DNA of 61,156 bases, filler included, from Globobulimina sp. (Eukaryota), in NCBI GenBank assembly GCA_003354225.1. It is 20 parts of 20 records of this genome, joined end to end, with 100 filler letters (N's around TTAATTAATTAA, not from the genome) between each part and the next. Parts side by side here need not be neighbours in the genome. Positions count along the whole stretch, not along the records: positions 45,958 to 48,917 come from PIVH01004224.1; positions 49,018 to 51,977 come from PIVH01004225.1; positions 52,078 to 55,037 come from PIVH01004226.1; positions 55,138 to 58,097 come from PIVH01004227.1; positions 58,198 to 61,156 come from PIVH01004228.1; 15 more parts are not named here. The stretch is one strand, 5' to 3'. Under the pieces are notes generated by a model. That model had not been told where the DNA came from. It ran no database searches and was given only the letters and a program-made list of their open reading frames with translations. Position 1 is the first letter of the stretch. Every line of letters begins with the position of its first letter. Position numbers and translations under genes: made by a program. Below, piece by piece: positions 47,067-60,056 of this stretch.

Positions 47067-48808
47067 CTACTGAAAATTATTTCTGTGAGGCCTTTGACGA
47101 CGATTATTGCGAAACTGATTCATATTATTAGATCTATATTGTTCTTGGTTATTTGCATTCGAATGATTTTGTTGATACATTAACGGTGTTCTATTGTAAC
47201 CATTATTATTTTGTTGAATATGAGTAATTGCAAAACGACCACGTCTCTCATATCTTGCACCAAAATGTCTTTGCTGAATATTATTATATCCTCCATTATT
47301 TGCGGTTGATCGTTGCCGATTATGTATAATTCGCACACGTCCATCATCATTATGATTCACATGAAAACTATTTGTTTTTCTGATCACTTTCTTTGGCAAA
47401 TTATTACCTTTCACTAATACATTATTTATATCCTCAATCAAACGCTTGGTCGCCTCAATGGAACGAAATACATATTTTAATAAATTCCTAAATGAAGGTC
47501 TTTTTGATGGAGATATTGACAAACAGTCGCTCAAAAAGGCTGTACAGTTCATATAATCACATACAACAAACTGAACAAACAGAAATACGTACTTAGATCA
47601 TCAGGAAATAGATCAAATTTGGGGTTCCATTCCAACGTTTTACGAGTAACTGTACCATTTTCAGTACATAAAGTATACCATATCCCATTAACTTGAACTT
47701 GTCCAAATAAAATCATGATGAATGTACAGGCAATTTGATAAACACTAAATGGTTCCACCAGTATAATTTTGTTTGGTTCGCTTAATATAACATCTGCAGA
47801 GATATTTCAGGTGGTTGACAGTGTGGTTTCATTGGTTTGTTCATTTCGTACGCAAACAAGGCTCCATTTCTAAATTGGAGCACAGATTCATGGTCAATTT
47901 TCACACAGTTTTGTGCAGTTATTTCCTTCCATTGAGCTGACCCGTTCTTAACTGTTTTGATAATAAAGTTATCAGCGCTGTGCAAACAACATTAGCATTG
48001 TACACAAGTTACGCAACATACACACAAGACACATTCTACACAAGTTTGAGCAGTGTTACACAGCTTACATAACATTGGAAACATAAGAAACATAAAAATA
48101 TACAGTATACCTTAGATCTAAATCGATTAATTGTAACTTATGCATCTTTATAACGATTCTAATTACTCGCTCAAATATATATAACATTTGCAATTTATAC
48201 TGCTGCGATGTCCAGGCCGTATTCTTTGAGTGTGCACCTTTCAGGGTCAGGTTCTTTAAAAAATATGTCGGATCTAATTGTTTTGTTTGAATCATACGAA
48301 TTACGATGGTCTCCAACGTGATATGTGGTACAAATGAATATTGAACAATATCATATTTATGAGCTGCTAAACGGTCTGTTGTATCAACTGCAAATTCTGG
48401 AATAAGTAAATCATTTTGTAACGTTTCTTGATAGTATGTATTCCGCATTAATTTCTGAGCGAATTCAATTGGATTAGTTTGATCTTCCAGTATTTTAACA
48501 AAATGCTGATTGGCATAAAATGCATAAATCGTATTGATAATACCATCGTCAATTTGTCTGTTCATGCAGCAATATGCTGAAACGATGTTAATATGATATT
48601 GCATCAAATAGCAAAATGTTTTTTTAGGTTTGTTAGCATTCAATATATTGAATTTTGAACATCGATATTCATCACGCAATACTAATTCACATCGTTTTTG
48701 TGATGCTGACGAGTCTTCTTTGTTTTGGGCAACAGGACACGGCAACATTGTAAAGTATTTGCAGCTGTTAAAGTATTTGTGCAAAGGAGTTTTCGAAAAA
48801 ACTTTCAT
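47067..48808 (-). CDS. Highly divergent protein-kinase-fold protein (4 exons)
   Basis: 'MHKLQLIDLDL/SADNFII' (catalytic-loop-like), 'KIDHE', 'PPE', 'SVYQIACTF' and 'CLSISPSKRPSF'; Asn/Arg-rich tail. Confidence 0.65.
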
Positions 48809-49053
48809 TTAAAAAAACCAACATGTTAACTGTAAAATTATGTACTTTAGAATAGGACGTGTTTAGAATATTGCCTTTTGGAAATTTTTGATTTAAAGAG
48901 CTTATTTTAAACTCACCNNNNNNNNNNNNNNNNNNNNNNNNNNNNNNNNNNNNNNNNNNNNTTAATTAATTAANNNNNNNNNNNNNNNNNNNNNNNNNNN
49001 NNNNNNNNNNNNNNNNNTTATATTTAGAATTTGCACCCAAAGCAAACAGAAAA

Positions 49054-50408
49054 ATGCTAGCGATGCAACGATTACTTAATTATATATCACACAGACAACA
49101 CAAAAACAGTAACACTGAAACACTGCTTGGCGATCATCAATCTCTTCAACGTAGTGATATTTCTCCACGAAAAAAATCAGAAAACATCCATCATCATTTT
49201 CAAACATCAGAAACTATGCCATCATATAAATCAAGAAACATTTTTGATGATCAACAATTATTTGCTTTCAGACAAGCTCCCGATATTTGGAAAGAACGAT
49301 TCTTTGACACAACAGAAAAATTTAACAAAGTATTTGCTTCGCAATGGATTGACGATAACCGAGTTATTTTCGGTACAAAGGATAATAAAGTTAAGTACGC
49401 AAATATTTGTATTCTTATACCTTTTCATAATCGCATTTTTATCACACATTCCAATATCCAAAACAGTTAATGTTGTTATACTGCAACGAAAAAAACAAGA
49501 AAATGGATGTACATGAAATTAAGTTACCGCAATTTGAAAATAATTCAGATAGCGATGCTGGAAACGGATGCGGAATGCATGATATTGCGGTCAATCCAGC
49601 AACGCAATGTTTTGCGACAGGAGGACATGACCCAAATGACATTTGCATATTTTCCTATGATAATAGATACGATGGCTCTGATATAGAGCCAATAAAAATA
49701 TTAAAAGGTCACACTGATTGGGTGTTTGGTATGGATTGGTTCGATGATGAAACATTAGTCACTGGTTCAAAAGATGGGAGCTTGAAATTGTGGAAACCAA
49801 GTTTTTTCTCAGTCAAACCATGGCATACTCAAACAATGGAAGGAAATCAAGGCATTCGAGCTCTTCGAACGGATTCAAATAACAATAATGTTGTCTTATT
49901 AACGGTGAATGGAGAGGTTAAAATATGGGATGTAACAAAGTGTGCAGCTATATGGAGTACGGAACTTAAGCATAGCAAAGAAGCGGTTTGTTTGGATATT
50001 AATGAAGATCGAGGACAAATTATTGTTGGTTCACAATCTCACGTATCCATACTGGACCCACGTGACACATTTAAACACATTGAGAGTGTGGACGAAGGAT
50101 GGGGTGTTCGGACATTATCGGTTGAATATGATATGATAACAATTGGTGGTGGTCTTGGAAGAATTTCGTTGTATGATCTGAGAAAATCAGATTATTTAAA
50201 ATATCAATCGGATAAATCATTTATCCAAATCGAATCAGGATGGATAAGGAAGGATAATATTTATGAAAATGTATTCATGAGACATCAATTGCCAACACCA
50301 ACTGCAATGTATTCGCATTGTTACAGTCCTAATCTGAATAAGTTGTTTGTTGGTGGTGGACCAACTCCGTTTGGCTTGTTTGGTTCATTTGTTTCTGTGT
50401 TATCTTGA
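49054..50408 (+). CDS. DCAF12: DDB1- and CUL4-associated factor 12 (WD40)
   Basis: 'NKVFASQW..VIFGTKDNK', 'GCGMHDIAVNP..ATGG.DPN' and 'AMYSHCY..LFVGGGP'; intron 49390-49466. Confidence 0.9.
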
Positions 50409-50553
50409 CATACTTCAGAATAGGACATTAATTATAATATTAAATTACCATTCTTATTTATATAATACCAATAATTCGTCACTTGACAAATAATCTTTTC
50501 TTATAAAAGTTTTTTTTTTCGCAATTTTGTAATTACACTTAAGTTTAAATATC

Positions 50554-51541
50554 ATGTCAGCGAGGAGATCTATTTTGAGTTATGATATGATCAAACCGAA
50601 AGCTGGAATTAAGTACTTATATCGCAATCCGCCCATAATAATGCTGCATGGCTTATTTGGACAAAAAACCAATTTAAGAACTATTGCTAATTCGGATCTA
50701 ATCTCAAAATATCGAGCCTGCTATTTGCTAGACTTACGAAACCATGGTGACAGTTTTCATTCAAATGATATGCATTTTCCTGTTAATATATCTATTTTTA
50801 AAGAGTTTATCAATACAAATTTACAAAAAGACTATATACAAACAAACACCATACAGTCATTGGTCGAGGATGTGATCCATTTTATGAGTAATATGAACAT
50901 AGAGAAAGCCATTTGGTTGGGACATAGGTTAAGTACATAAGTCATTGTATGATATATTGACTGTGTATGGTTTTTTATATAGTTATGGAGGAAAAATAGC
51001 TTATTTGGCGGGGTTAATGTATCCACAATTTGTGTCATCCATAATTGCAATGGATATTGCACCAAAAGCATATACATCAAAAAACCGGATTTATATTAAT
51101 TTACTAAAAGTATTCCAAAAAATACCACAAATGGAATTTACGCATAGGAGTGAAATCGAGGAGTATATTGTAAGGGAAATGCCTGCAATTAAACCATTTG
51201 AAGTTAAATTTTTTACATCTGCACTGGTGCCAAAATCGTATGATACTGACAATAAACAATGGCATTGGAAAATGAATGTAGATGTAATGCTCGATCAAAT
51301 TGATAATATAACGAAGTTTGATGTTGATGATGTTATGTCACAATATAAAGGATTAACATATGTTATATGTGCTGGGAACAGCTCATTTGTATCAGATAAC
51401 GACATACATTTAATTTATGAACTTTTTCCAAATACCAAAGTGATGACAATCGAGGGAGCATCGCATTATCTGCATATTGACAATACAGAGGATACGATTC
51501 AATGTGTTTATGATGCTTTAAATGAGATCAATCCGATATGA
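50554..51541 (+). CDS. ABHD11: Alpha/beta hydrolase, ABHD11/YbfF-like esterase
   Basis: 'MLHGLFG..N', 'DLRNHGDS', spliced nucleophile motif 'GHSYGG', 'DIAP' and 'ASHYLH'; introns 50782-50856 and 50928-50982. Confidence 0.88.
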
Positions 51542-51622
51542 CATCGATGTTTTTCAATTTAATTTACCGTTTCTACAAAAAAAAAACTGTTTGAGTTTTA
51601 GCCAAGTAAAGTAGTTAAAAGC

Positions 51623-51977
51623 ATGAGTAACATTAACACACACCAACAAAAAGGAGATGCTCAATTAGCATCAGCTTTGCAAGCAATTGATGATAACCAG
51701 GCTGCACAAACCTCATATCCATCACAAACAAAAGTTGTAGTGGTGCCACAGCACCAAATCCAAATGATTCCTATTCAAGGGACACAAACCACTGGTTATG
51801 GTTTTGTACAACAGCAGAATGTGGTTAATAATCCAATACAACCTCCAGCAACAGGCACATATAAAGATTGGTATTTAATATCCATAAAAGATAAGCAATA
51901 TAATCGATGTTCGTGCATCTGCTCAGCCCGCAGTCCAGTGTCTGCATATTGGGCCATTTGTGGCTGGTTAGCTTTTG
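51623..51977 (+). CDS. Hypothetical Gln-rich, probably membrane protein (3' partial)
   Basis: ATG-initiated open frame to the contig end, finishing in a hydrophobic segment. Confidence 0.55.
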
Positions 51978-52077
51978 NNNNNNNNNNNNNNNNNNNNNNN
52001 NNNNNNNNNNNNNNNNNNNNNTTAATTAATTAANNNNNNNNNNNNNNNNNNNNNNNNNNNNNNNNNNNNNNNNNNNN

Positions 52078-55037
52078 GAGTATGCCAAACATCAACTACC
52101 GGCCCAAAAAGAGAAGACAGAGTATCAACAATGACGGGAATGGCGATAATCGATCGCCCAATGCCGAAAATAGAGCTCCATGCACCCCAAATGACCACCG
52201 ATTGACTGCCGTCACCGAGGAACACAAAGAGGAAGAACCTGAAGAGCCAAATGCAGTGTTCATCCCATTAAACGATAGTAGTGTTAGTATCGGTGTTGGC
52301 GGCAAGAAAAATAAAAAACAAAGCATTTTCGGGCCGGCAGAGTTAGATTTTAATTCCCCGGCACCTCCAAGCGTATTAACTAAAAAAAGAGCTCCCGGCA
52401 CCAACGTACGTACAATAACGAGGAAGACACCGCATTTCAGTGACATTGGGCATAACTTATCGCCTATTAATAACTTATTACGTCAAAGACAACAACAACA
52501 AGAAGAGCGACAGCAGCAGCGGGCAGAAGAGGAGGATGATAATATGCCATCGCCATTGATTGGTAACAATAATAATAACATGGACCGGCGAGAGAGGCGT
52601 CGGAGGTCGTCGTTGGCGATGATGGGCAGTGTGGACTCCACCGCAAAGAGAGCGCAAATGGCGCTAAATGTGACTTCGACTGCACGAGGCATTGGCGATG
52701 GATTAGATGACGCGATGAATAAAATAAAACAGACATTTCCATCGCCTGCGCCCATCCCCAATGACACTACAAACAATGCACAGCTTTCGAGTGCAAAAAA
52801 TAGAAATAAAAGTGGCAGGAATAAGAAATTACCACCAACCAAACGAAGGAGATCGGCGCGATTAGCAAAAAAAGCTGTTGTCAGTGATTCTGAGCAGCCA
52901 GAACCAGAAGAAGAGGAAGAGCAGGATAAAGATTATAGGAATATCAGTGTACGCAGAGGAAGGAAGAAGAAAAAAAGAAAACAATCTCCACATAAACCAT
53001 TAAAGAGACCACACAAATCACCGCAGAGACCGGCGCATAATATTAGTGTTAATATGGATGATGATGACGAGGAGAATGATAATTCCATGGATGTGGATGT
53101 GGACAATGATGAGATAGCGCCGTATATCGATGACGAGGATGACAATGAAGTATTGAATGATGATCCACCTCTTCCTATGACCAAAGGCAATGATAATAGT
53201 AATAATAAACAAGAGATGGTGATATCGACAGCACGAAGCCGCGTAAAAACAAAAAAGCGGTCGTCTCGGTATTCAAATGTGTCGAATAGATCGCTCATAT
53301 CGCAAATATCGCCAATCGCAAATGTGTCGCGTATATCAATTGCAACGAATGCGACCTCATCCACTAACCACTCGAAAAGAACCAGGACTTTAAGATCGAG
53401 AAAAGATAATGTATTATCACCGCGTTTGCAGCGCAATCATGATATCGATGTTGGCATTGATGGCGATGAGGACAATGATGAGGATGAATACGGTACATTC
53501 GATACACCCAAATCCTCGAAATCCCATAAAAAAGCAGCCAAAATTAAAAATAAAGTACACAAAAAAGCAAACAACGCCAAGCGGAATTCGAAAAAATCCA
53601 AATCCGACTCAGAATCATCTAAACCAAAGAAAAAATCGACCAAACCAAAACAAAGCAAACCATCCAAACCAAAAAATCCTCCAAAACAATATCTGGATAA
53701 TATCGAGAGCGAATATGATGACATGGATAATATGGACGCCATGGACGCTATGCCGGCTATGGACGATATGGACGATATTATGCACGATGACCACGTATTG
53801 GATTCGCCAAATTTGCATGAAAACGACGACGAAAAGCTAGAAATTGAAACCCAACGCAGCGACGACGCCAACAATTCAAATATAACCTCCTCCGTGGAAC
53901 CAACTGATAAAAAGAAATCAAAACGAAAAAAAAAGACAAAACGCAAGAAAAAAAACAGCGGCAAAGAAGAGGCCACCACGCGAAAATCCAAACGCATAGA
54001 AAAAAAAACCAAAAAAAAGCCCAAGAAAAACAAAAACAAAAAGACCAAACGAGGCCGCAAACGCAAAGCGAGCGAAAGTATCTTATCCGATTCGTCCGAA
54101 CCAGAGCGGAAAAAACCGCGCTTATCGCAATTTGTGGTGAAACAGTCCGACATTGAACCTTCCAAACAAGGCTTGCGCCGATCGTCGAGGGTGAAATTTA
54201 AGCCGTTGGCATTTTGGGCCAATCAGCGGATCGAATATACTCCGAACTTGCTGACCTACGAGAAACTGGAAGACAAAAAGGAGGCCGACATCCCGATTAT
54301 TACCGGACAATCGGACGTATTGTCGACTTGGCAGAACCACCAAACCAAAACGAAAAAAGCAAAGTCAAAGTCAAAGTCAAAGAAAAAAGGAAAAGCTAAA
54401 TCTAAAGGAAAGTCGAAATCGAGCAAAAAAAAAGCAGAGAAGAATGAGGAAGAGGACGATAATGAGGAACCGATGGATTTTGACGAAGAGGATGAGAAAA
54501 ATAGCGGGCCCTTTGATGGCAATGCCTGGATTTATGACTGTCAGAGCGACCAAATGGCGCAGAAATGCTTGGTCAAAACTAAGAAGTGCGTCAATTTGGT
54601 GCCGTTGACCTTCAGTGAGGAGAATGAGGACGGTCAAAATAATAACAATTCCAACGCGAACAGGCAAGTGCGGGGTGCCAAGGGATTGGAGGAGAATGGA
54701 TTTAGTTGCGGGATATTAGAGATACCGCCCGGTTCGCAAAAAGACCCCGAAACATCATTTTTTACGGAGCAGTTTTTTGTACATCACTGTGAAAAGAAAA
54801 AACTATTATTTAAGGTGGGGAATGACGACGAGTTTTATTTGTCGACGGGGAGTATGTTTTTTGTGCCGCCGGAGAATGAGTACGAATTAATAAATCTGTC
54901 AAAAACACATTCGGTGCAGTTAATATTTACGTTGATTACCAGAGCAATGTTCAACACATCGTATCTAAACAGAATAAAGAAGCCCCCACCGGTATTCTTG
55001 GACTTGCATTTCGGATGGCACGAACCTGATCCTCCTT
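52078..55037 (+). CDS. CENPC: Centromere protein C (Mif2/CENP-C), probably partial at both ends
   Basis: CENP-C motif 'GLRRSSRVKFKPLAFWANQRIEY' and C-terminal cupin 'FSCGILEIPPGSQK..GSMFFVPPENEYELINLS' after a long disordered basic/acidic region. Confidence 0.9.
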
Positions 55038-55504
55038 NNNNNNNNNNNNNNNNNNNNNNNNNNNNNNNNNNNNNNNNNNNNTTAATTAATTAANNNNNNN
55101 NNNNNNNNNNNNNNNNNNNNNNNNNNNNNNNNNNNNNCATTGAATTAATTAATATGCGAAATTGCGTATTGTGTCTTAAATCTTTTATATAATTATAATC
55201 CATAAAATAAAATAAACTTTATCGAGGACGCCTCAGTTGAATTAAAACCGGTCAGCACTGAGTTGTAAAGAAAAGAATAGGCATGACCCAAACTTCTAAT
55301 CTAGTTACGACCTATGGTGATAACGCTGTATTTCAATTACAATTTATAAAAATATTCAAATTATTTAATTAATGTCATCAATTCCCATTCCCATTTAAAA
55401 ATATAATATAGTGAGTAAGCAATGCTATGTGAGTCTAAAGAAGAATGTGAGGTTTTTTAAGAGACAAATTAAAAACAGTCAGACAGTGAGTCTAGTGTAG
55501 TCAC

Positions 55505-55636
55505 CCACCATCCACCATCCACCATCCACCATCCACAACCCCACAACCACACAACCACACAACCAAAAACCCCGCCACTCCGTGCTGTTTATATATTTGA
55601 TGCCTCATCATTTTATTTGTTTTGGTGCATCTAATA

Positions 55637-55667
<31 letters not shown>
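55505..55667. repeat. Microsatellites (CCACCAT)n, (CAACCACA)n and (TAA)n
   Basis: About four CCACCAT units at 55505-55532, CAACCACA units to ~55565, and a TAA run at ~55632-55667. Confidence 0.85.
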
Positions 55668-55668
<1 letters not shown>

Positions 55669-55888
55669 TGATAAACCAGAAAAAGACGTCACTCGCTCCG
55701 CTCACTTAAATGAAGAGAAATTGTACGCAAAATATGAACAGAGATTATACATTTTTGTTTGATTGCAATCGGAGTCGAGTCGGACTGACATGCAAACAAA
55801 CATCAATATATAATTGAGACAAACTAAAAAACGAGCATTTTCTTTCAAAGTGAAACATAATATTTACAAGTTATGCGTAAGCTACTTA

Positions 55889-58097
55889 TCATACAATATG
55901 TTCCATAGACATTCCAATACAATTCCTAGTCATTTGCAATATCTTTTGCCAATACCCTTTTCTTTCTGGCAACGGTACATTTGCCGGTATCGATAACTTA
56001 TAACATCCAATATTTTGCGCAATTTGAATGCTTGCATATTGGCCCAATGATTGTTGCACAACAAATAAATTTACACTTAAACTATTCTTTTGACTCTCAT
56101 TCATCACAAAGTATCTCTCCAATTTAATATATTGCATTGTGATGCCACTCTTCCTTTTTTGTAATAACTTTTTATTCTGATTCACATTCAATCGCTGCTG
56201 TTGCTGTTTTGGTTGTTGATATTGTTGTTGCTGTTGCTGTTGCTGTTGCTGTTGATATTGTCGTTGCTGTTGTTGTTGTTGCTGTTGCTGATATAACATC
56301 GTATATTGTTGATAATGGTAGTTTGCCATTTGTTGAATTTGTTGCTGTTGTTGAACTGTTAAGTTTTGGGGATACTGTTGTTGCTGAAAGTATTTCTGAA
56401 ACAGCTGTTGATGATAAAACATCATATTATACATATTCATATTCATATTATTACCAACTGCACCATGCCCACTATTTTGCATTGCATGCGCTCCTTGGCC
56501 TTGTCCTCCAGCTCCAGCACTTCCACCCGGTCCTCCTCCGCCTGGTTCTGGTTCTGGTTCTGCTGCAGCCCCTGTTCCACCACTTGGGTTTGCTGCATTT
56601 TGTTGCTTGGAAACGTTAACATTTGGTTGCGGATGAGACTCTGTACAGTGATAAGAAAGAAATATATATAACACAAAAAAAAAGAGGTGAAGTATTAACT
56701 TTGTTTGGCAGCACCACAAATAGTGCACTTATGTACATTCATATCGTTGCTATATGTGCACATTTTGCATAACCATTTATCATTTAGTTTGCTCTTTTTT
56801 TTCTTATTAATATTCTCATTCTGATTTACAGCCACTTTCGCTGCACCAAATTCATCCTCATCATAGCTCTTCGACTGTATCAATGACGGCGGCAAATTAT
56901 CCATAACCGCTTCCTTATTCTCCTGCTGTTTAACATTTTTATTGTTACCCTCAATATCCTGTGCTTTCACTTCGTTTCTCTTGACATTTTTTACATGTTT
57001 TCCCGCCGATTTCACCCTCTTTTTGCGAGGCGGAGGAGGTGGCATAGCCTTAATAGGTGCGGGTGGTATACTCACTGCAGGAGCAGGAGCCGGAGCAGGC
57101 GGTGGTATGTCATCAGCCATAGGTTCGAATTCAATAAACGGAGGTGGTACAGGCAAATCTGGTGCAACTGTGACTGCACCAACATCATCACCAACATCAT
57201 CACCAACATTCTCGCCAACTGCACCGCCATCGCACTCATTGTGTTCGTCTAATTTAGGCAACTCGGCCACATTTTTTTTATTCTCAAGCTCGTCCGCCTC
57301 ATAATTGTAAATCTGCTGTGCATGCGTCGACATCCTACGATGCATCGCTTGCATTTGCACAAAAGTCTCATCATCTTCCTCGTCGATGGGAACCGGCGGC
57401 GGTAAACCTACAAACACCTCTTGCTGTTGCTGCAATTCCTCCTTATTGATATTTGCTAAAATCTCCAATATCTGCGGTTTGCCTTTAAATTTGTCAAAAC
57501 TAAGCGAATGTACTGCAGTGGAATTGGGCGAGCTTGGTATTGGTGAATGAGCTCTGGGAGAACCTGGTGGCGCGCTGTAAGAATCTTCCTTTCTTTCATC
57601 GATAATGCGCGGTATTTGCGGTTTGAAATCAACGTAGAAATTGCCTCTGATATTCGCCCATAAACTATAGAGCTTCAAATAAAACGACATTGCAATCTTA
57701 TCATTTTCGCATTTGACTGAAATTATTTTGTGCGGCTCAATGATGACAATTCCATAGTTTATGCCGGTTCTCTCGCCGCTGATATCTTGTTTAATATCAA
57801 TTTTCTGCAAATTCCAGCCATTTTTGGCAACAATCACCGTATTGCCATCAATCTGATTGTTACCAATTTGCGACAATGGATCTTGTTTAAATGTATAGAG
57901 TCTATCGCCGGAGACGTAGAAGTAATTATTTTTATCGCAAGCGAACAGTTTGCCAAAGCCAATGAAGGTTTTATTTGTATTAAATTGGTTGTAATTGATG
58001 TCCAACGAAGGCGGATAAGTCTCAATCGACGCAATGTCCGTTAATTGTGAGTACATTGTGAAATAATTGATTGCTTTTCGGATTTCATGTACATAGC
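55889..58097 (-). CDS. Pro-rich, RanBP2-type zinc-finger and polyQ protein (5' partial)
   Basis: 'WLCKMCTYSNDMNVHKCTICG' fits the RanBP2/NZF consensus. Intron 56641-56699 joins it in frame to the polyQ exon. Confidence 0.8.
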
Positions 58098-58197
58098 NNN
58101 NNNNNNNNNNNNNNNNNNNNNNNNNNNNNNNNNNNNNNNNNTTAATTAATTAANNNNNNNNNNNNNNNNNNNNNNNNNNNNNNNNNNNNNNNNNNNN

Positions 58198-58681
58198 TAT
58201 TCCCAGGCCGTAATAAGCTGCATATCATAAAAGGATTTGTGTTTTGTCCAATTTGTTGCTGTGTTTTGTTGTTTAAAATTTCATTTTCAGATTGAACGGT
58301 AATAAAATGCCTCACACTCCAACTGCCAGCCAATGAGGCCAAATTAATTACATTTTCTTCAAATGTATTACGCCTCGATTTTAACAAAGCGGTTTCCTCA
58401 TAAAAATATACCAAACCCGTTACATTTCGTATTTCATCACGTAAATTGTCAAAATTGTCATCATAATTACAATCAGTTATCCATGATATATTTGATAACC
58501 AATCTGACTCAGATTTTTTATTATAAAATGTGCGTTGCCTTATTGAGGTTGATTGTTTATAAATTGTTTCCATATCATATATAGAATATGCATGAACATC
58601 CCAGCCAATGCGGACTGCGCGACGACATAAATGCCTTCCTAACACCGAGCCTGCTCCAATAACAGCTAAAGTTATTCTCAT
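58198..58681 (-). CDS. NAD(P)-binding Rossmann-fold protein, atypical SDR-like (3' partial)
   Basis: 'LAVIGAGSVLGRHLCRRAVRIGWDVHAYS', 'ISWITD' and 'LLRPG'. Confidence 0.75.
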
Positions 58682-58699
58682 GCTCGATCAGTAAAAAAC

Positions 58700-60040
58700 A
58701 TGCTGGCTAAAACAAACTCACTTTGCTTGAAAAGTAATACCAAACTGCGTCGTTGTATTTTTTTAAGCGATGCGCCAACTTTTGATAAAAATCCAACATT
58801 ACATATTAACTTACCACAATATAATGCCTCCATTGATATACTAACCTTATCGCATTGGGTCGATATTCAATATTTTGAACAAAACAAATTAAATCAAACA
58901 CAAAGTTTGCATGAATGGATTGAATCAAAATCAGCAACACATATTTTATTGGATATTGATCCAAATCGATTGGATTATATTTATAAATATAATATAAATA
59001 ATCCTAAACCGCAAGATATGACAATAAGTGAAATAGATGAAATATTGGATGTTTATGATGATGAGCATTATCAATATGATGATGATAATATTCGTGACCA
59101 TTTCTATAAATTACGCAAGCAAACCAAAAAAATGAAGCGATTTACAGAAAAAGTAGATCGTTTGGATGAGATTTACAAATTAAAGTTAATAACATCTGCG
59201 AATAAAGTCTCACAAAATAAGATATTAAACAATTATAAATTGACAGAGCCAATGTTCACGCAAGTCGATATTTGGTATTTTGAATTTTATTGGAATTTAT
59301 TTCAAACATATTTTAAAAATTTGATCCCGCACTTTGATGAATTTAAGCGAGAATTTTATTTAAACACAAATAAATTTAGGTTTTTAAATATTATTTATGG
59401 TGAGGAGATTTTTATGATTTTAAATTATTTTGATCCAAAAAATAAAATAATAATAAATAAATATGATTTGCCTCCATTAAAAGGTATCCATTCACAAAAA
59501 AATCAACTCGATGAATTTATGCAAAATAACGAGACATTAATGATGCGTTTATGTGACAGCAATAATAATAATCATAATAATATAGAATTAATTGCAGGTG
59601 GAATGCCGATAGAATTTATTCATCGGAAAATGCAAAAATTAAAAAAACCAATGTTATGGATTGAATTTGCAATGTCGATAAAAAATTATTTTGCTGATCA
59701 ACATGCCCAAAATCTAGCAAATCAGGTTCCGTTAATTTGCGATATTAAAGAATTTATTTATACCCCATTTGCAAGGAAAATTAAGTATAATTCATGGGAT
59801 TCCACCATTGAATTAAACCAAATGATATCTTGTGTTATTCCACAATTTTATGATATTCTCGTGGTGCAACAATCAAATTACTTATTCAATAATTTAGTGA
59901 AATTATTACAACAACAGCCACAAGAAAAAAATAATAATATTATTATTATTACTGGCCAAGGTGTGGCGCAATTGTTGAACCAACAAATTCTTGACTTGCT
60001 CGCCAAAGGAAAGCAAACAAAAAACTTCAATTATAACTAA
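58700..60040 (+). CDS. Degenerate TraB-domain-like protein, possible mitochondrial presequence
   Basis: 'LIAGGMPIEFIHRK', 'FYDILVVQQSNYLFNNL' and 'IIIITGQG' align loosely with TraB motifs (GDrpi, L..ERD.y, vvG.gH); basic N-terminus. Confidence 0.5.
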   Translation: MLAKTNSLCLKSNTKLRRCIFLSDAPTFDKNPTLHINLPQYNASIDILTLSHWVDIQYFEQNKLNQTQSLHEWIESKSATHILLDIDPNRLDYIYKYNINNPKPQDMTISEIDEILDVYDDEHYQYDDDNIRDHFYKLRKQTKKMKRFTEKVDRLDEIYKLKLITSANKVSQNKILNNYKLTEPMFTQVDIWYFEFYWNLFQTYFKNLIPHFDEFKREFYLNTNKFRFLNIIYGEEIFMILNYFDPKNKIIINKYDLPPLKGIHSQKNQLDEFMQNNETLMMRLCDSNNNNHNNIELIAGGMPIEFIHRKMQKLKKPMLWIEFAMSIKNYFADQHAQNLANQVPLICDIKEFIYTPFARKIKYNSWDSTIELNQMISCVIPQFYDILVVQQSNYLFNNLVKLLQQQPQEKNNNIIIITGQGVAQLLNQQILDLLAKGKQTKNFNYN

Positions 60041-60056
60041 ACTTCAGTTATATATA

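Noticed and set aside
52096-54667. Long antisense ORFs over CENP-C (likewise over the RCC1, CE4 and polyQ genes)
   Set aside because: Shadow frames of low-complexity or GC-richer coding sequence, with no recognisable motifs.
2967-58197. Regularly spaced TTAATTAATTAA palindromes every ~3.06 kb
   Set aside because: Assembly linkers embedded in N runs, not a biological repeat or CRISPR array. Cross-contig gene clusters are therefore meaningless.
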